Shown: piece by piece, positions 49,626 to 58,522 of the stretch
Layout: each line of letters begins with the position of its first letter
Numbering within the stretch: position 1 is the first letter of the stretch
DNA from: Deltaproteobacteria bacterium
Lineage (GTDB): Bacteria; Desulfobacterota; Binatia; UTPRO1
Reading direction: 5' to 3'
Assembly (NCBI GenBank): GCA_020852955.1
Contig: JADYZW010000054.1
Location: 11,139-75,138 of the forward strand
DNA length: 64,000 bases
Program-made: the position numbers and the translations under genes
The notes under the pieces: model-generated
Told to the model about the DNA's origin: nothing
Database searches by the model: none
The model's input: only the letters and a program-made list of their open reading frames with translations

Positions 49626-50693
49626 ATGCGACACGCATCCGCCATGACGCGTTGGTCCCCCCTCGCTCCGGCCCTGCTCGCCGTCGCGCTCGCGGCCCTC
49701 GGCTGCCAGCGCGCGCCGACCACCACCGCCACCGGCGCTCCCGCGAAGCCGGCGGCCTCGCCGACCCGCAGCGCCTGGACGCGGATCGAGCCGGGCGTCG
49801 GCGCGATCCGGGTGATCGTCGTCGATCCGCGCGACGGGAAAATCCTCTACGCGGCGACGACCGACGGCGTCCTCAAGAGCACCGACGGCGGCGCCACCTG
49901 GCGGCACACCGGGCCCCTCAAGGTCCGCGACACCCGCGCGCTCACGCTCGATCCCAGGTCTCCCGACGTGCTCTACGCCGGCTCGGCGAACGCGCTCGTA
50001 TCGAAGTCGACCGACGGCGGCGCCAGCTGGACGATCCTCGAGGTACCGACGGCCAGGATCGTCCCGGTGCGCGCGCTCCTCGTCGATCCGACGAGCTCAC
50101 AGACCGTCTACGCCGCGATCCCCCGCTCCGGCATTCTCAAGACGACCGACGGCGGCGCGACCTGGGCACCGGTCGTCCAGGGCCTCCTCGAACTCGACGT
50201 GCGCGCGCTCGCCGTCGACCCGAGCGCGCCCGCAACCGTCTACGCCGCCACCAACGGCAAGGGAATCTTCAAGAGCACCGACGGCGGCGCCACCTGGCGC
50301 GAGAGCAACACCGGCCTGCTCAACCTGGTGATCCGCACGCTCGCGGTCGATCCGAAAGCTCCGCACACCGTCTACGCGGGCTCGAGCGGGTTCGGCGTCT
50401 TCAAGAGCACCGACGGCGCCGCGTCGTGGAGCGTCGCGGCGACCGGCCTCAAGAGCAAGGTCATCGCGACGCTCGCGATCGATCCCGCCGCGCCGGCCAC
50501 GATCTACGCCGGCGCCGCGGGCGGCGCGCTGGCGAAGACCGTCGACGCGGGCGGACAGTGGACCGACATCCAACCGAAGACGCGGCGCCAGATCTGGACG
50601 ATCGCACTCGACCCGCAGGCGCCGCGGACCATCTACGTCGGTACCGCCGGCGACGGCATCTTCAAGACCACGACGGGCGGCGCGGTGGACTGA
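49626..50693 (+). CDS. BNR/Asp-box repeat beta-propeller lipoprotein (Ycf48/sialidase-like fold)
   Basis: Signal peptide plus ..LAALGC. About 8 reiterations of KSTDGGATW / KTTDGGATW, each followed by ..L.VDP....VYA. Confidence 0.8.
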   Translation: MRHASAMTRWSPLAPALLAVALAALGCQRAPTTTATGAPAKPAASPTRSAWTRIEPGVGAIRVIVVDPRDGKILYAATTDGVLKSTDGGATWRHTGPLKVRDTRALTLDPRSPDVLYAGSANALVSKSTDGGASWTILEVPTARIVPVRALLVDPTSSQTVYAAIPRSGILKTTDGGATWAPVVQGLLELDVRALAVDPSAPATVYAATNGKGIFKSTDGGATWRESNTGLLNLVIRTLAVDPKAPHTVYAGSSGFGVFKSTDGAASWSVAATGLKSKVIATLAIDPAAPATIYAGAAGGALAKTVDAGGQWTDIQPKTRRQIWTIALDPQAPRTIYVGTAGDGIFKTTTGGAVD

Positions 50694-50724
50694 CCGTCCC
50701 ACCGCGCCGCCCGCCGCTCCCGCG

Positions 50725-51966
50725 TCAGCCGACCTCCATCGCCCGCCCCGCCGCGCTCAGCGCCGGCGACACGCGCAACAGCACGAGCGCGACCGCCGCT
50801 CCGCACGCGGCGACGACGAACACCGCAGGATAGCCGCCCCACACGGCGACGTATCCGAGGAGCGTCGAGCCCCCCGCGAGACCCGCCGAGAACGCGCCGG
50901 TAAAGACGGCGATCATCCGCCCGCGCTCGTGCCGGCGCACGGCCGCCACCGCGATCGCGTTGATCGCCGGATAGAAGAGCCCGTGGGCGAGGCCGAAGAG
51001 CGCGCCGAGCGGCTCGAGCCCGCCCGCACCGACGCCCGCGAGCGCCAGCACGACGAGCGCGTAGAGCGCGAGGGCCGTCCGCGCGACCCGGTACGACCCG
51101 AGCCGCGCCGGCAGGCTCCCGAGCCCGACGCGCACCGCGATCGCGGCGCACGCGTAGGCGATGAAGAAGCCGCCGACCCGCGTGCGCCCGAGCGCCAGCG
51201 CGTGCGCCGGCTCGAACGTGAAGACGGCGCCGAAGGCGGCGCCCGAGAGCGCGACGACGAGCCCGTAGTGACGCGCCACCGGCTGCGCCAGCAGCGCGCG
51301 CAGCCCGCCGCGCGCGCCCGCCGCGCGCGCCCACGCGGGCTCACGCACGCCGGCTGCGAGGACGGTCGCCGTCGCCGCGGCGATGCTCGCCGCCGCGAAC
51401 ACCGCCGGCCAGCCCGCCGCGGCAGCGAGCGGCTCCGCGGCCGCCGGCGCGACCGCGTTCATCACGAGCATGCTCGCGCCCGAGAGCCCGAGCGCCTGGT
51501 TGAGACGCGCGCGCGGCACGACGTCGGCGACGAGCGTTCCCACCGCCGTCACGACGAGCGCGTACGACAGCCCCTGCAACGCGCGCAGCGCGTCGAGGAA
51601 CGGACCGAGCCGCCGCACGCCGAGGAACCCGGCCGCCGCCAACGCCATCACGGCCGCCCCTGCCACCATCGCGTAGCGGCGCGGAAAGCGGTCGACCACC
51701 CAGCCCGCAAAGGGCGTCGCGGCGACGGTCGCGATCGGGAAGATCCCGACGGCGAGCCCGATCTCGGACGGACCGGCGCCGAGTTCCTGCGCGAGGAACT
51801 TCGGCAGCAGGTAGAACGTCGAGAACGCGGAGCCCCAGACGCTCGCCGCGCCGAGCACCCGGGCGAGATCGGCGGTGAACCAGTCGCCGGCCGGCACCGC
51901 AGCGGCTTCGGCGGTCCGCGCCGCGGATCGGCTCGCCACGAGTCTCGAGAACGTCCCTGCACGCAT
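50725..51966 (-). CDS. MFS transporter (12 TM)
   Basis: ATG at 51966. GWVVDRFPRRY (MFS motif A-like), hydrophobic throughout. The 97 codons upstream in the track ORF are R-rich and non-hydrophobic. Confidence 0.85.
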   Translation of the reverse strand: MRAGTFSRLVASRSAARTAEAAAVPAGDWFTADLARVLGAASVWGSAFSTFYLLPKFLAQELGAGPSEIGLAVGIFPIATVAATPFAGWVVDRFPRRYAMVAGAAVMALAAAGFLGVRRLGPFLDALRALQGLSYALVVTAVGTLVADVVPRARLNQALGLSGASMLVMNAVAPAAAEPLAAAAGWPAVFAAASIAAATATVLAAGVREPAWARAAGARGGLRALLAQPVARHYGLVVALSGAAFGAVFTFEPAHALALGRTRVGGFFIAYACAAIAVRVGLGSLPARLGSYRVARTALALYALVVLALAGVGAGGLEPLGALFGLAHGLFYPAINAIAVAAVRRHERGRMIAVFTGAFSAGLAGGSTLLGYVAVWGGYPAVFVVAACGAAVALVLLRVSPALSAAGRAMEVG

Positions 51967-52010
51967 CGTTCGTCTCCGGGTTGCCGCCGCGTCCACCCGA
52001 GAAGTGCGCG

Positions 52011-52052
52011 CCAGAAACGCGAAACCCCTCCGGCCGAGCGCGGCGGGAGGGG
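52011..52052 (-). terminator. Hairpin plus T-rich tail on the minus strand, about 45 nt upstream of the MFS start
   Basis: Minus strand: CCCCTCC-N14-GGAGGGG followed by TTTCGCGTTTCT. It is the only hairpin in the window with a T-rich tail. Confidence 0.4.
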
Positions 52053-52373
52053 CCAAGAAGCGATCCGGAAGCGATCGCCTACGAAACGGGTCCCCCAGCC
52101 GACGCGCGCGCGCGAGCCCGACGGGCTCGCCACGATTTCGACAGGCGCGTGGCGACGAGGTTCCGCATCGAGACTCCACCTTGCCGGACGCGCCGCGCTC
52201 CCACAAGCGCGGAAACGCCGCGGCGCTCGGATCTCGTGCCGCAGCCCCGTCGCCCACTTGCGCCGCGGCCGCCGCCAGCGCACCGTCGCGAGATCGACGT
52301 GGTCGCGCCGGTCGAACACCAGGCCGGAAACCGGCGGCGTCTCGTCATTCGCCTTCGCTCGCGGGCCGGCGCG

Positions 52374-54773
52374 TCAGTCGGCGCGATCCACCAGCGACTT
52401 CGCGGAATGGCGGCGCGCCGGGGGCGAGTAGACCGCCTCCCAGCACGCGCCGTCGCTCGACTGCATCTGCACCGTGAGCGGCAGCGCCAGCGTGGCGAGG
52501 TTCGGCATGGCGAGCAGCGGCCCCCGGCCGCGGATCGCCACGCGCGCCGCGTTCTCCCGGCTTCCCTCGCGGAGGTCGAGGACCTGGACGGCGCCGGCCG
52601 CGCGGTCGGGGTTGCGATACGAGAATCCGCGGCGCACGGCGCGCCAGCACGGGCGGTGCGTCCGCGGATTGCAGACGCCGCCCGCCGGCGCGAGAGCGGC
52701 GAGCGCGAGCGACCCGCCTCCGTCGTACACGCAGAGCCGGTACGACGTCGTCGCGAGCGGATCCCCGAAAACGCTCCGCGACACCACGGGTCCGCGACTC
52801 CAGCGCCACGCGACGCCGTCGTTCTTGTCGGGCGTCCGATCGGTGAGCGTGAGCGCACCGCCGTCCGGCCGGAGCGCGCGGCGACATCCGAGCATCGCCA
52901 GCGCCGGACAGGCGGTCGCCTCGTTCCCCGGCGTCACCGTCGGAACCGGGAGCACCTCCGAGGTCGCCGTCTGCGTCGGTGTCGGCGCGAGCACGGAGGT
53001 CGCCGTAGGGCTCGCCGTCGGAACGAGCGTCACGGTCGGAGCCGGGGTCGCCGTGCGGGTCGGGGTCGGCGTCACGGTGCGGGTCGGGGTCGGCGTCGCG
53101 GTGCGGGTCGGAGCCGGCGTCGCCGTTCGGGTCGGGGTCGGCGTCGCGGTGCGGGTCGGCGTCACGGTGCGGGTCGAGGTCGGGGTCGGCGTCACGGTCG
53201 GCGTCGGCGGCACGGTCGGGGTCGGCGTCGGGGCTCCGTCGGTCAACGTCCAGGTGTCGAACACCGTCCCGTCCTCGTCGACGCCGGTGACCGTGAGCGT
53301 CGTGTTGTCCGTGAGCGTGACGTACCCGAAGGAGTACTTTCGGCTGTAGCTGCACAGGTCGTTCTGCCCGTTGTAGCCGCAGCCCGTCTGCACCCACGTC
53401 GGCTGCTCGTCGGCCGAGCGGCACACGTTGCCCTCCTGGTCCGTCGGTACCCCACCGACCGCGATCGCCTGACCGTCGAGCTGCCCGCCTCCGGCCCCGC
53501 ACGTCACGTAGTACGTGCCCTTCCCGTCGATGCCGGGCGCGATCACGGACGGATCGCTCGTGGCGGACGACCCGACGAAGTCGTCCATGAAGCGCGTCCG
53601 CTCCCAGAAGTGCTCGTGCCCGTCGAAGACGACGTCAACGCCGCAGTCCTCGGCGATCGGCCCGATGCGAAAGCGGGTCGGGATGTGACTGCCGCTCGCG
53701 TTCCGGCGACACACCCCGCCCGTCCCGCAGTCCGCGTCCGCGCCGCACCCCATGCCGATCCCGGCGCTGCCGGCCTGGCACCAGCCGTTTCCACACGAAT
53801 ACGGCAGGTGATGGAGGAAGAGGAACTTCCATTTCTTCGTGGCCGTGACGCTGCTCGTGCAGAGGACGTCGCGGAGCCACGCCTTCTCGTCGGCGCCCGT
53901 CGCCCAGTCCTGCGCGCCCGTCGGCCCCCAGTTCGTGTTCGCGACGACGAACAGCGCGTCGCCGGAGGTGACGTAGTACCACGCCTCTTCGCGGTTGCCG
54001 CCCGTGTGCCCGTTCGTCGGCGCCGCGAAGATCATCTTCTGGGGCGTCGACGGCCAGACGGTCAGATCCGCGTCGCCGAGCTCGTTGCCGACCGCGCCGT
54101 AGCGCAGATCGTGGTTGCCGATCGTGAAGAACGCCGGAGTGCGCTCGAGCGTCTCACGGAAGATGCCGAGGACCTTGCTCGACCAGGTCGTCACCGTGTT
54201 GACGCCCTGGGGGGAGCCGTACTCGTTGTCGCCGACCGTGATCAGGAGATCGGGATTCCTGGCCGCGACCTGGGTGGCGATCTTCTGCGATGGGCAGGTG
54301 CCGCCCGCGTAGCACCAGGCCCCGCTGTCGTAGGCGCCGAAGTCGCCGACGATCGCCCAGCTGATCGTGTTCGCGGCGCCGGCCGGCCCCTGGAGCGTCT
54401 CGAAGCCGGCCGAGGCGCTCACGGGCCGCACGACCGCGCCGTTGGTGCGGAGCTGGTAGTAGTAGGTGGTCCCAGGCGTCAGGCCGGTGAGGTCCACGCG
54501 GTGGCACGTTCCGGGGTCGCCGAACTCGCACGCCGGCTGCCCCTGCTGCTTCGCGCCGCCGAGCGCGGTGGTGGTCCCGTATTCGACGACGTCGTCCTCC
54601 GTGGCGGCCTCGTCGGTCCACCAGAGGATCGTCATGGTGGTCGGATCGTTGGCGGGGTTCTGGACGACGGGCCCGCACCCGACCGCGCCGCTCGGGCAGA
54701 CGATCGCGACCGCTCCGGCGGAGGTGGCCGCGGTGACGACGACGCAGCATACGAGCAAAGCGGTCCGGATCAT
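52374..54773 (-). CDS. Secreted purple-acid-phosphatase-like metallophosphoesterase with a Cys-rich insertion, a Pro/Thr repeat linker and a 6-Cys C-terminal module
   Basis: ATG at 54773. Signal MIRTALLVCCVVVTAATSAGAVA. FN3-like N-domain (TTYYYQL). All five PAP motifs: VGDFG, VGDNEY, IGNHD, FLHHLP, DGHEHFWER. Confidence 0.8.
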   Translation of the reverse strand: MIRTALLVCCVVVTAATSAGAVAIVCPSGAVGCGPVVQNPANDPTTMTILWWTDEAATEDDVVEYGTTTALGGAKQQGQPACEFGDPGTCHRVDLTGLTPGTTYYYQLRTNGAVVRPVSASAGFETLQGPAGAANTISWAIVGDFGAYDSGAWCYAGGTCPSQKIATQVAARNPDLLITVGDNEYGSPQGVNTVTTWSSKVLGIFRETLERTPAFFTIGNHDLRYGAVGNELGDADLTVWPSTPQKMIFAAPTNGHTGGNREEAWYYVTSGDALFVVANTNWGPTGAQDWATGADEKAWLRDVLCTSSVTATKKWKFLFLHHLPYSCGNGWCQAGSAGIGMGCGADADCGTGGVCRRNASGSHIPTRFRIGPIAEDCGVDVVFDGHEHFWERTRFMDDFVGSSATSDPSVIAPGIDGKGTYYVTCGAGGGQLDGQAIAVGGVPTDQEGNVCRSADEQPTWVQTGCGYNGQNDLCSYSRKYSFGYVTLTDNTTLTVTGVDEDGTVFDTWTLTDGAPTPTPTVPPTPTVTPTPTSTRTVTPTRTATPTPTRTATPAPTRTATPTPTRTVTPTPTRTATPAPTVTLVPTASPTATSVLAPTPTQTATSEVLPVPTVTPGNEATACPALAMLGCRRALRPDGGALTLTDRTPDKNDGVAWRWSRGPVVSRSVFGDPLATTSYRLCVYDGGGSLALAALAPAGGVCNPRTHRPCWRAVRRGFSYRNPDRAAGAVQVLDLREGSRENAARVAIRGRGPLLAMPNLATLALPLTVQMQSSDGACWEAVYSPPARRHSAKSLVDRAD
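52925..53240 (-). repeat. Imperfect 24-bp tandem repeats encoding a (TPTPTRTA)-like Pro/Thr linker
   Basis: Protein: TPTPTVPPTPTVTPTPTSTRTVTPTRTATPTPTRTATPAPTRTATPTPTRTVTPTPTRTATPAPT. DNA: reiterated gtcggggtcggcgtcacggtgcgg units. Confidence 0.8.
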
Positions 54774-55002
54774 GACGTCCACGCGGCACACGGAAGATGG
54801 GATCGCTCCGGACGCGCGTCTCGGCCGCCAGCGGCCCGCCGCACGCGCCCTCCGCATCGCCCCGCACGAGTATGCGCGATTGCCGGAGACGGGCCAAGCG
54901 ACGCCCCCCGGGATCCCGGGGGGCGCGACCGCGACCGGGACCGCTCTCCGGGGATCGTGGTTTGCCGGCGCCTTCGCGGACCTGATAGACGACCACCCCT
55001 CC

Positions 55003-55521
55003 GTGACGCTACCCGACGCGCGGCCGCACCGGCGGCGACGAGCATGGCGGGTCGTCGTGCTGGCGTGCGCGATGGTCGCCTCCGGATGCGCCGCCGCGGA
55101 CGGACGCCCGCTCGCGATCACGGCGGCCGACGCGGTCTCGTCGCGCCCCTGCCCCGCCGCCGACGCGAGCGGCGTCGTCACGCGGGTGAACGAAGCGCGC
55201 CGCCGCGCCGGGCTCCCCGGCCTCGGCATCGACGCCAACCTCGCGCGCATCGCCGCCGCGCGCTCGGCCGGGATGGCCTTCGAGCGGCGCCTCTCGCACA
55301 GCGGGTGGGAGCACGCGCTCCGCCGCGCCGGCCTCCGGGACGACCGGCTCGGCGAGAACGTCGCGTACAACTACGCCGATCCCGAGGCCGTAATGGCGGG
55401 GTGGATGCGGAGCCCCGGCCACCGCGCCAACATCCTGCGGCCCGCCTTCACGCGGATCGGCGTCGGCTGCGTGATCGACGACCGCGGCCATCGCTGGTGG
55501 ACGCAGGACTTCGCCGGCTGA
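55003..55521 (+). CDS. CAP/SCP (PR-1/YkwD-like) domain lipoprotein
   Basis: In-frame GTG at 55003 gives RRRRAWRVVVLACAMVASGC. VNEARRRAGLP, GENVAY, WMRSPGHRANIL. The exact start is uncertain. Confidence 0.7.
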   Translation: MTLPDARPHRRRRAWRVVVLACAMVASGCAAADGRPLAITAADAVSSRPCPAADASGVVTRVNEARRRAGLPGLGIDANLARIAAARSAGMAFERRLSHSGWEHALRRAGLRDDRLGENVAYNYADPEAVMAGWMRSPGHRANILRPAFTRIGVGCVIDDRGHRWWTQDFAG

Positions 55522-55531
55522 CGGCTCCCGC

Positions 55532-56272
55532 ATGGCGTCGAGCGACCGCGACCTCTTCCTGCAACGCCTCACCGACCCGCGCGCCGTCCCGATCCTCGCC
55601 CGCAACGCCATCCCGGTGATCGGCGTCTTCGTCTTCGGCTGGTCGGTGCTGGAAGCGCTCGCCGCCCTCTTCCTCGACGCGCTCAGCACGCTCTGGGTGG
55701 TCGGCGCCGTCGCGTCCTACTTCGGGGCCAAGCAGTTCGACTACGGCGAGACCGGCGTCCTGGACGCCCTGCACTTCTCGGCCGGCGTGCTCGGGATCTT
55801 CCTCTTCGTGGCGGGCATCCTCACCTTCGCGCTCGCGGTGCCGATGTTCATGCTGCTGCCGGTCGTGCTGAGCGCCGACGTGGACCCGTGGACGCTCGTC
55901 ACGAGCGGCTGGCTGCCGCGCGCCTTCGGCCTCATGGTGGCCTGCCAGATCCCGAGCTTCGCGCAGCGCATCCGGGTGGCGCAGGCCTCGGGGCTTCCGC
56001 CCGAGAAGCTCGGCCTCGACGGCGAGATCGGCTTCCTCCTCCACCGCAGCATCGTCCTCACCGCCGTCGGCTCGTCCCTCGCCGTGTTCGGCGCGTACGG
56101 GCTCCCCCTGCTCGTGATCGTCGCGCAGACGATCAGCGCCGCAACCGAGATCATGCGCGACCGGTACATCGGCTATCTGACCGCGTCGCGGCACGCGCCG
56201 GCCGACGCCGGAGCGCCGCCGATGACGCGAGCGGCGCGCCTCCGGCGCTGGCGGAAGCGGAAGCGACGCTGA
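55532..56272 (+). CDS. Polytopic membrane protein of unknown function with a basic C-terminal tail
   Basis: 5-6 hydrophobic segments (NAIPVIGVFVFGWSVLEALAALF.., GVLGIFLFVAGILTFALAVPMFMLLPVVL..). Ends RLRRWRKRKRR. Confidence 0.55.
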   Translation: MASSDRDLFLQRLTDPRAVPILARNAIPVIGVFVFGWSVLEALAALFLDALSTLWVVGAVASYFGAKQFDYGETGVLDALHFSAGVLGIFLFVAGILTFALAVPMFMLLPVVLSADVDPWTLVTSGWLPRAFGLMVACQIPSFAQRIRVAQASGLPPEKLGLDGEIGFLLHRSIVLTAVGSSLAVFGAYGLPLLVIVAQTISAATEIMRDRYIGYLTASRHAPADAGAPPMTRAARLRRWRKRKRR

Positions 56273-56450
56273 GCGGCGTCCGCCGCAGCAGACGCCATGC
56301 GCCGCCCGTGGGCCGGGCCGGGACCATATATCCGCCCTATCTAGTTCCACCGGGATGCTTTTCGTTGACACGCAGCGGGCATCCCACCCAAGATCCGCAC
56401 GCTCGGAAGCCCCCCGACTGCGAGGCGCCCACGGCCGAGGAGGAACTTGC

Positions 56451-57056
56451 ATGCTGCTGCGATACGCGATCCTGGGCCTCTTGGACGGTCAAGAGCTCCA
56501 CGGCTACCGCCTCAAGAGCGTCTTCGAGGACCGGATCGGCCCCGCCTGGTCGTTGAACTTCGGACAGATCTACCAGACGTTGAAGGATCTGCGTCGCCGC
56601 GGCCTCGTGGAAGGACGCTTCGATCAGGGCGACGGCCACATCGGGCGCTGGGTCTACACGGTCACGGCGAAGGGACGCCGCTCGCTCGATACGTGGCTCC
56701 GGCGCTCCCCGAAGCAACCGCAGCCGATCCGCGACGAGATCTTCATCCGCTTGCTCGTCCTCGACCGAAAGGATCGTGACGCGTCGCTGAATCAGGTGGC
56801 CCGGCAAGAGCACGTCTATCGCGAGCACTTGACCCACCTGACCGTCCATCGCCGTAGCCTCGAGCCGGTGAACACGGAAGAGCGTCTGCTGAACTCGCTC
56901 GCGGCCGACGCGGCCCTGTTCCACGCCGAAGCCCACCTGAAATGGCTCGAGCACTGCCGCGCGACGCTGCTCGCCTGGCAGCCGACTGAGGACCCGCCGC
57001 CGCCGAAGTCCTCGCTTCCGACGAAGCCGGCGCGCCCGTCGAAAGCGTCGCGATGA
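56451..57056 (+). CDS. PadR family transcriptional regulator (long, two-domain type)
   Basis: GAGGAGGA RBS. MLLRYAILGLLDGQELHGYRLKSVFE..WSLNFGQIYQTLKDLRRRGLV...YTVTAKGRRSL. Confidence 0.85.
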   Translation: MLLRYAILGLLDGQELHGYRLKSVFEDRIGPAWSLNFGQIYQTLKDLRRRGLVEGRFDQGDGHIGRWVYTVTAKGRRSLDTWLRRSPKQPQPIRDEIFIRLLVLDRKDRDASLNQVARQEHVYREHLTHLTVHRRSLEPVNTEERLLNSLAADAALFHAEAHLKWLEHCRATLLAWQPTEDPPPPKSSLPTKPARPSKASR

Positions 57057-58522
57057 CGGGAGTCGACGACTTCGTCGGCGCGATCGAGGCGAGCATGCGG
57101 GCCGCGATCGAGAGTTCGCCGACCGCCGCGCCGGCAGCCCGCCTCCTCGACGCCGGCGGGAAGCGATTGCGCGCGCGCCTGGTCTGGTGGGCGGCCGCCG
57201 CCTGCCGGGAGCCGCTGCCCGCCGGCGCGGGCGAGCCGCTGATCCGGGCGGGTTCCGCCATCGAGCTCGCGCACCTGGCATCCCTGATCCATGACGATCT
57301 CGTGGACGGCGCCGAGACCCGGCGCGGAGTCGCGACCCTCCATCGCACCCACGGAGCTCGCACGGCGACCGACGCCGGGGCGGCGATCGCCCACCTTGCG
57401 AACGAGCTCGCGGCCGCCCTCGGAACCCGCGCCCGCCGGGCGATGCGTCGAGCGCTCCTCGCGACGTGCCGGGGACAGATCCGTGAGCTCTCCCTGCCGT
57501 TCGTCGCCGTCTCTCCGCGCACCCGCCTCGCCGTCATGCAGGAAAAGACCGGGGCGTTCTTCGAACTCGCCGCGGATCTCGGCGCGATCCTCGCGGGGGG
57601 GAACCCACGGTCGCGCGCGGCCGTGCGGCGCTTCGCCCGACGATTCGGGGTCGCGTTCCAGGTCGCCGACGACGTCCTCGATCTCGCCGGCGCCCGTGTC
57701 GACCTCGGACGCACCAACGGCGCCGATCTCCGTGAGGGCGTCCTCACGCTGCCGGTCCTGCTGGCGAACGATCCGGACCGACGACTCGCGCCGCTGCTCG
57801 AACGCATCCGGTGCACCCGCGACGCAGACGCCGTCGCCGACTGCGCCACGCGCGTGATCCGGGGTGGCGGAGTCGCCGCCGCGAGCGCGGTCGCGGAGTG
57901 GTGGCTCGCGCGCGCCGTCGAAGCGCTCGCGGGGCTCGCGGGGCGGAACGCGTGCGCCCATCTGGTCGAGCTGGCGCGCACGAGCGTCCAGCGCGGCCTT
58001 CGCGTCTCCACACCGACGTTCGCGCGCGATTCCCGCTCCTCTCGAGAACCGCCGCCTGCCCTGTCGTTCGCGAACCGCCACCCCCGGCAGGATCCGGACT
58101 TGGCCGCCTGGACGCCGCCCCGACTGGCCCACCTCCTGGACTGGCTTCATCCGGGCCTCTCCGCGATGGTCGCGGCGCGCGCGGCGGAGCGCACGGTCGA
58201 CGAACACCGGAGCGTGCTCCGTGAGCGTCTGTGCCGCGGACGACGATGGTCGCCAGACGCGATCCTCGCGGCGGAAGCCATCGCGCTCGCGCACGCCCTC
58301 GCCGACGACGGCAGCCTGGCGCGCGATCCCGTCCTGACGCTCGCACTCGTCGACGCCCTTCATTGCGCAGCGATCGGATTCCTGGCGGTCGCCCCCACGT
58401 CGCGGGAGCACGTCCGGATGGCGGCACGGGCTCGGAGGCTCGTCGACGACCGTCGCCCGTACGACCGTCGACCGGAGCTCCGCCGTCCCTACGAGCAGGC
58501 GGCGATCCACCTCACGGCGTGA
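57053..58522 (+). CDS. trans-Polyprenyl diphosphate synthase-like protein with a C-terminal extension of about 150 aa and unknown function
   Basis: The ATG overlaps the PadR stop (ATGA). GKRLRA, first Asp-rich motif LIHDDLVDGAETRRG, KTGAFFELA, second Asp-rich motif FQVADDVLD. No motif recognised in residues from about 330 to 489. Confidence 0.75.
   Translation: MTGVDDFVGAIEASMRAAIESSPTAAPAARLLDAGGKRLRARLVWWAAAACREPLPAGAGEPLIRAGSAIELAHLASLIHDDLVDGAETRRGVATLHRTHGARTATDAGAAIAHLANELAAALGTRARRAMRRALLATCRGQIRELSLPFVAVSPRTRLAVMQEKTGAFFELAADLGAILAGGNPRSRAAVRRFARRFGVAFQVADDVLDLAGARVDLGRTNGADLREGVLTLPVLLANDPDRRLAPLLERIRCTRDADAVADCATRVIRGGGVAAASAVAEWWLARAVEALAGLAGRNACAHLVELARTSVQRGLRVSTPTFARDSRSSREPPPALSFANRHPRQDPDLAAWTPPRLAHLLDWLHPGLSAMVAARAAERTVDEHRSVLRERLCRGRRWSPDAILAAEAIALAHALADDGSLARDPVLTLALVDALHCAAIGFLAVAPTSREHVRMAARARRLVDDRRPYDRRPELRRPYEQAAIHLTA

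Noticed and set aside
52925-53240. Regularly spaced short repeats that might be mistaken for a CRISPR array (also 31121-31220)
   Set aside because: The units of 24 and 18 bp are contiguous, without spacers. They lie in frame inside long genes and encode Pro/Thr or TPSPAV linkers.
51981-55619. 1212-aa plus-strand ORF; also 52345-53502 (-) and 54154-54996 (-)
   Set aside because: They are antisense to, or out of frame with, the PAP-like metallophosphoesterase, whose frame carries all five catalytic motifs. The sequences are R/G-rich junk.
56296-56343. 15-codon ORF (MRRPWAGPGPYIRPI) upstream of PadR, considered as a leader or RiPP-like peptide
   Set aside because: It has no RBS and no hydrophobic or Cys/Ser/Thr-rich core, and it overlaps the likely PadR promoter region (TTGACA at 56363-56368). 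Most likely fortuitous.
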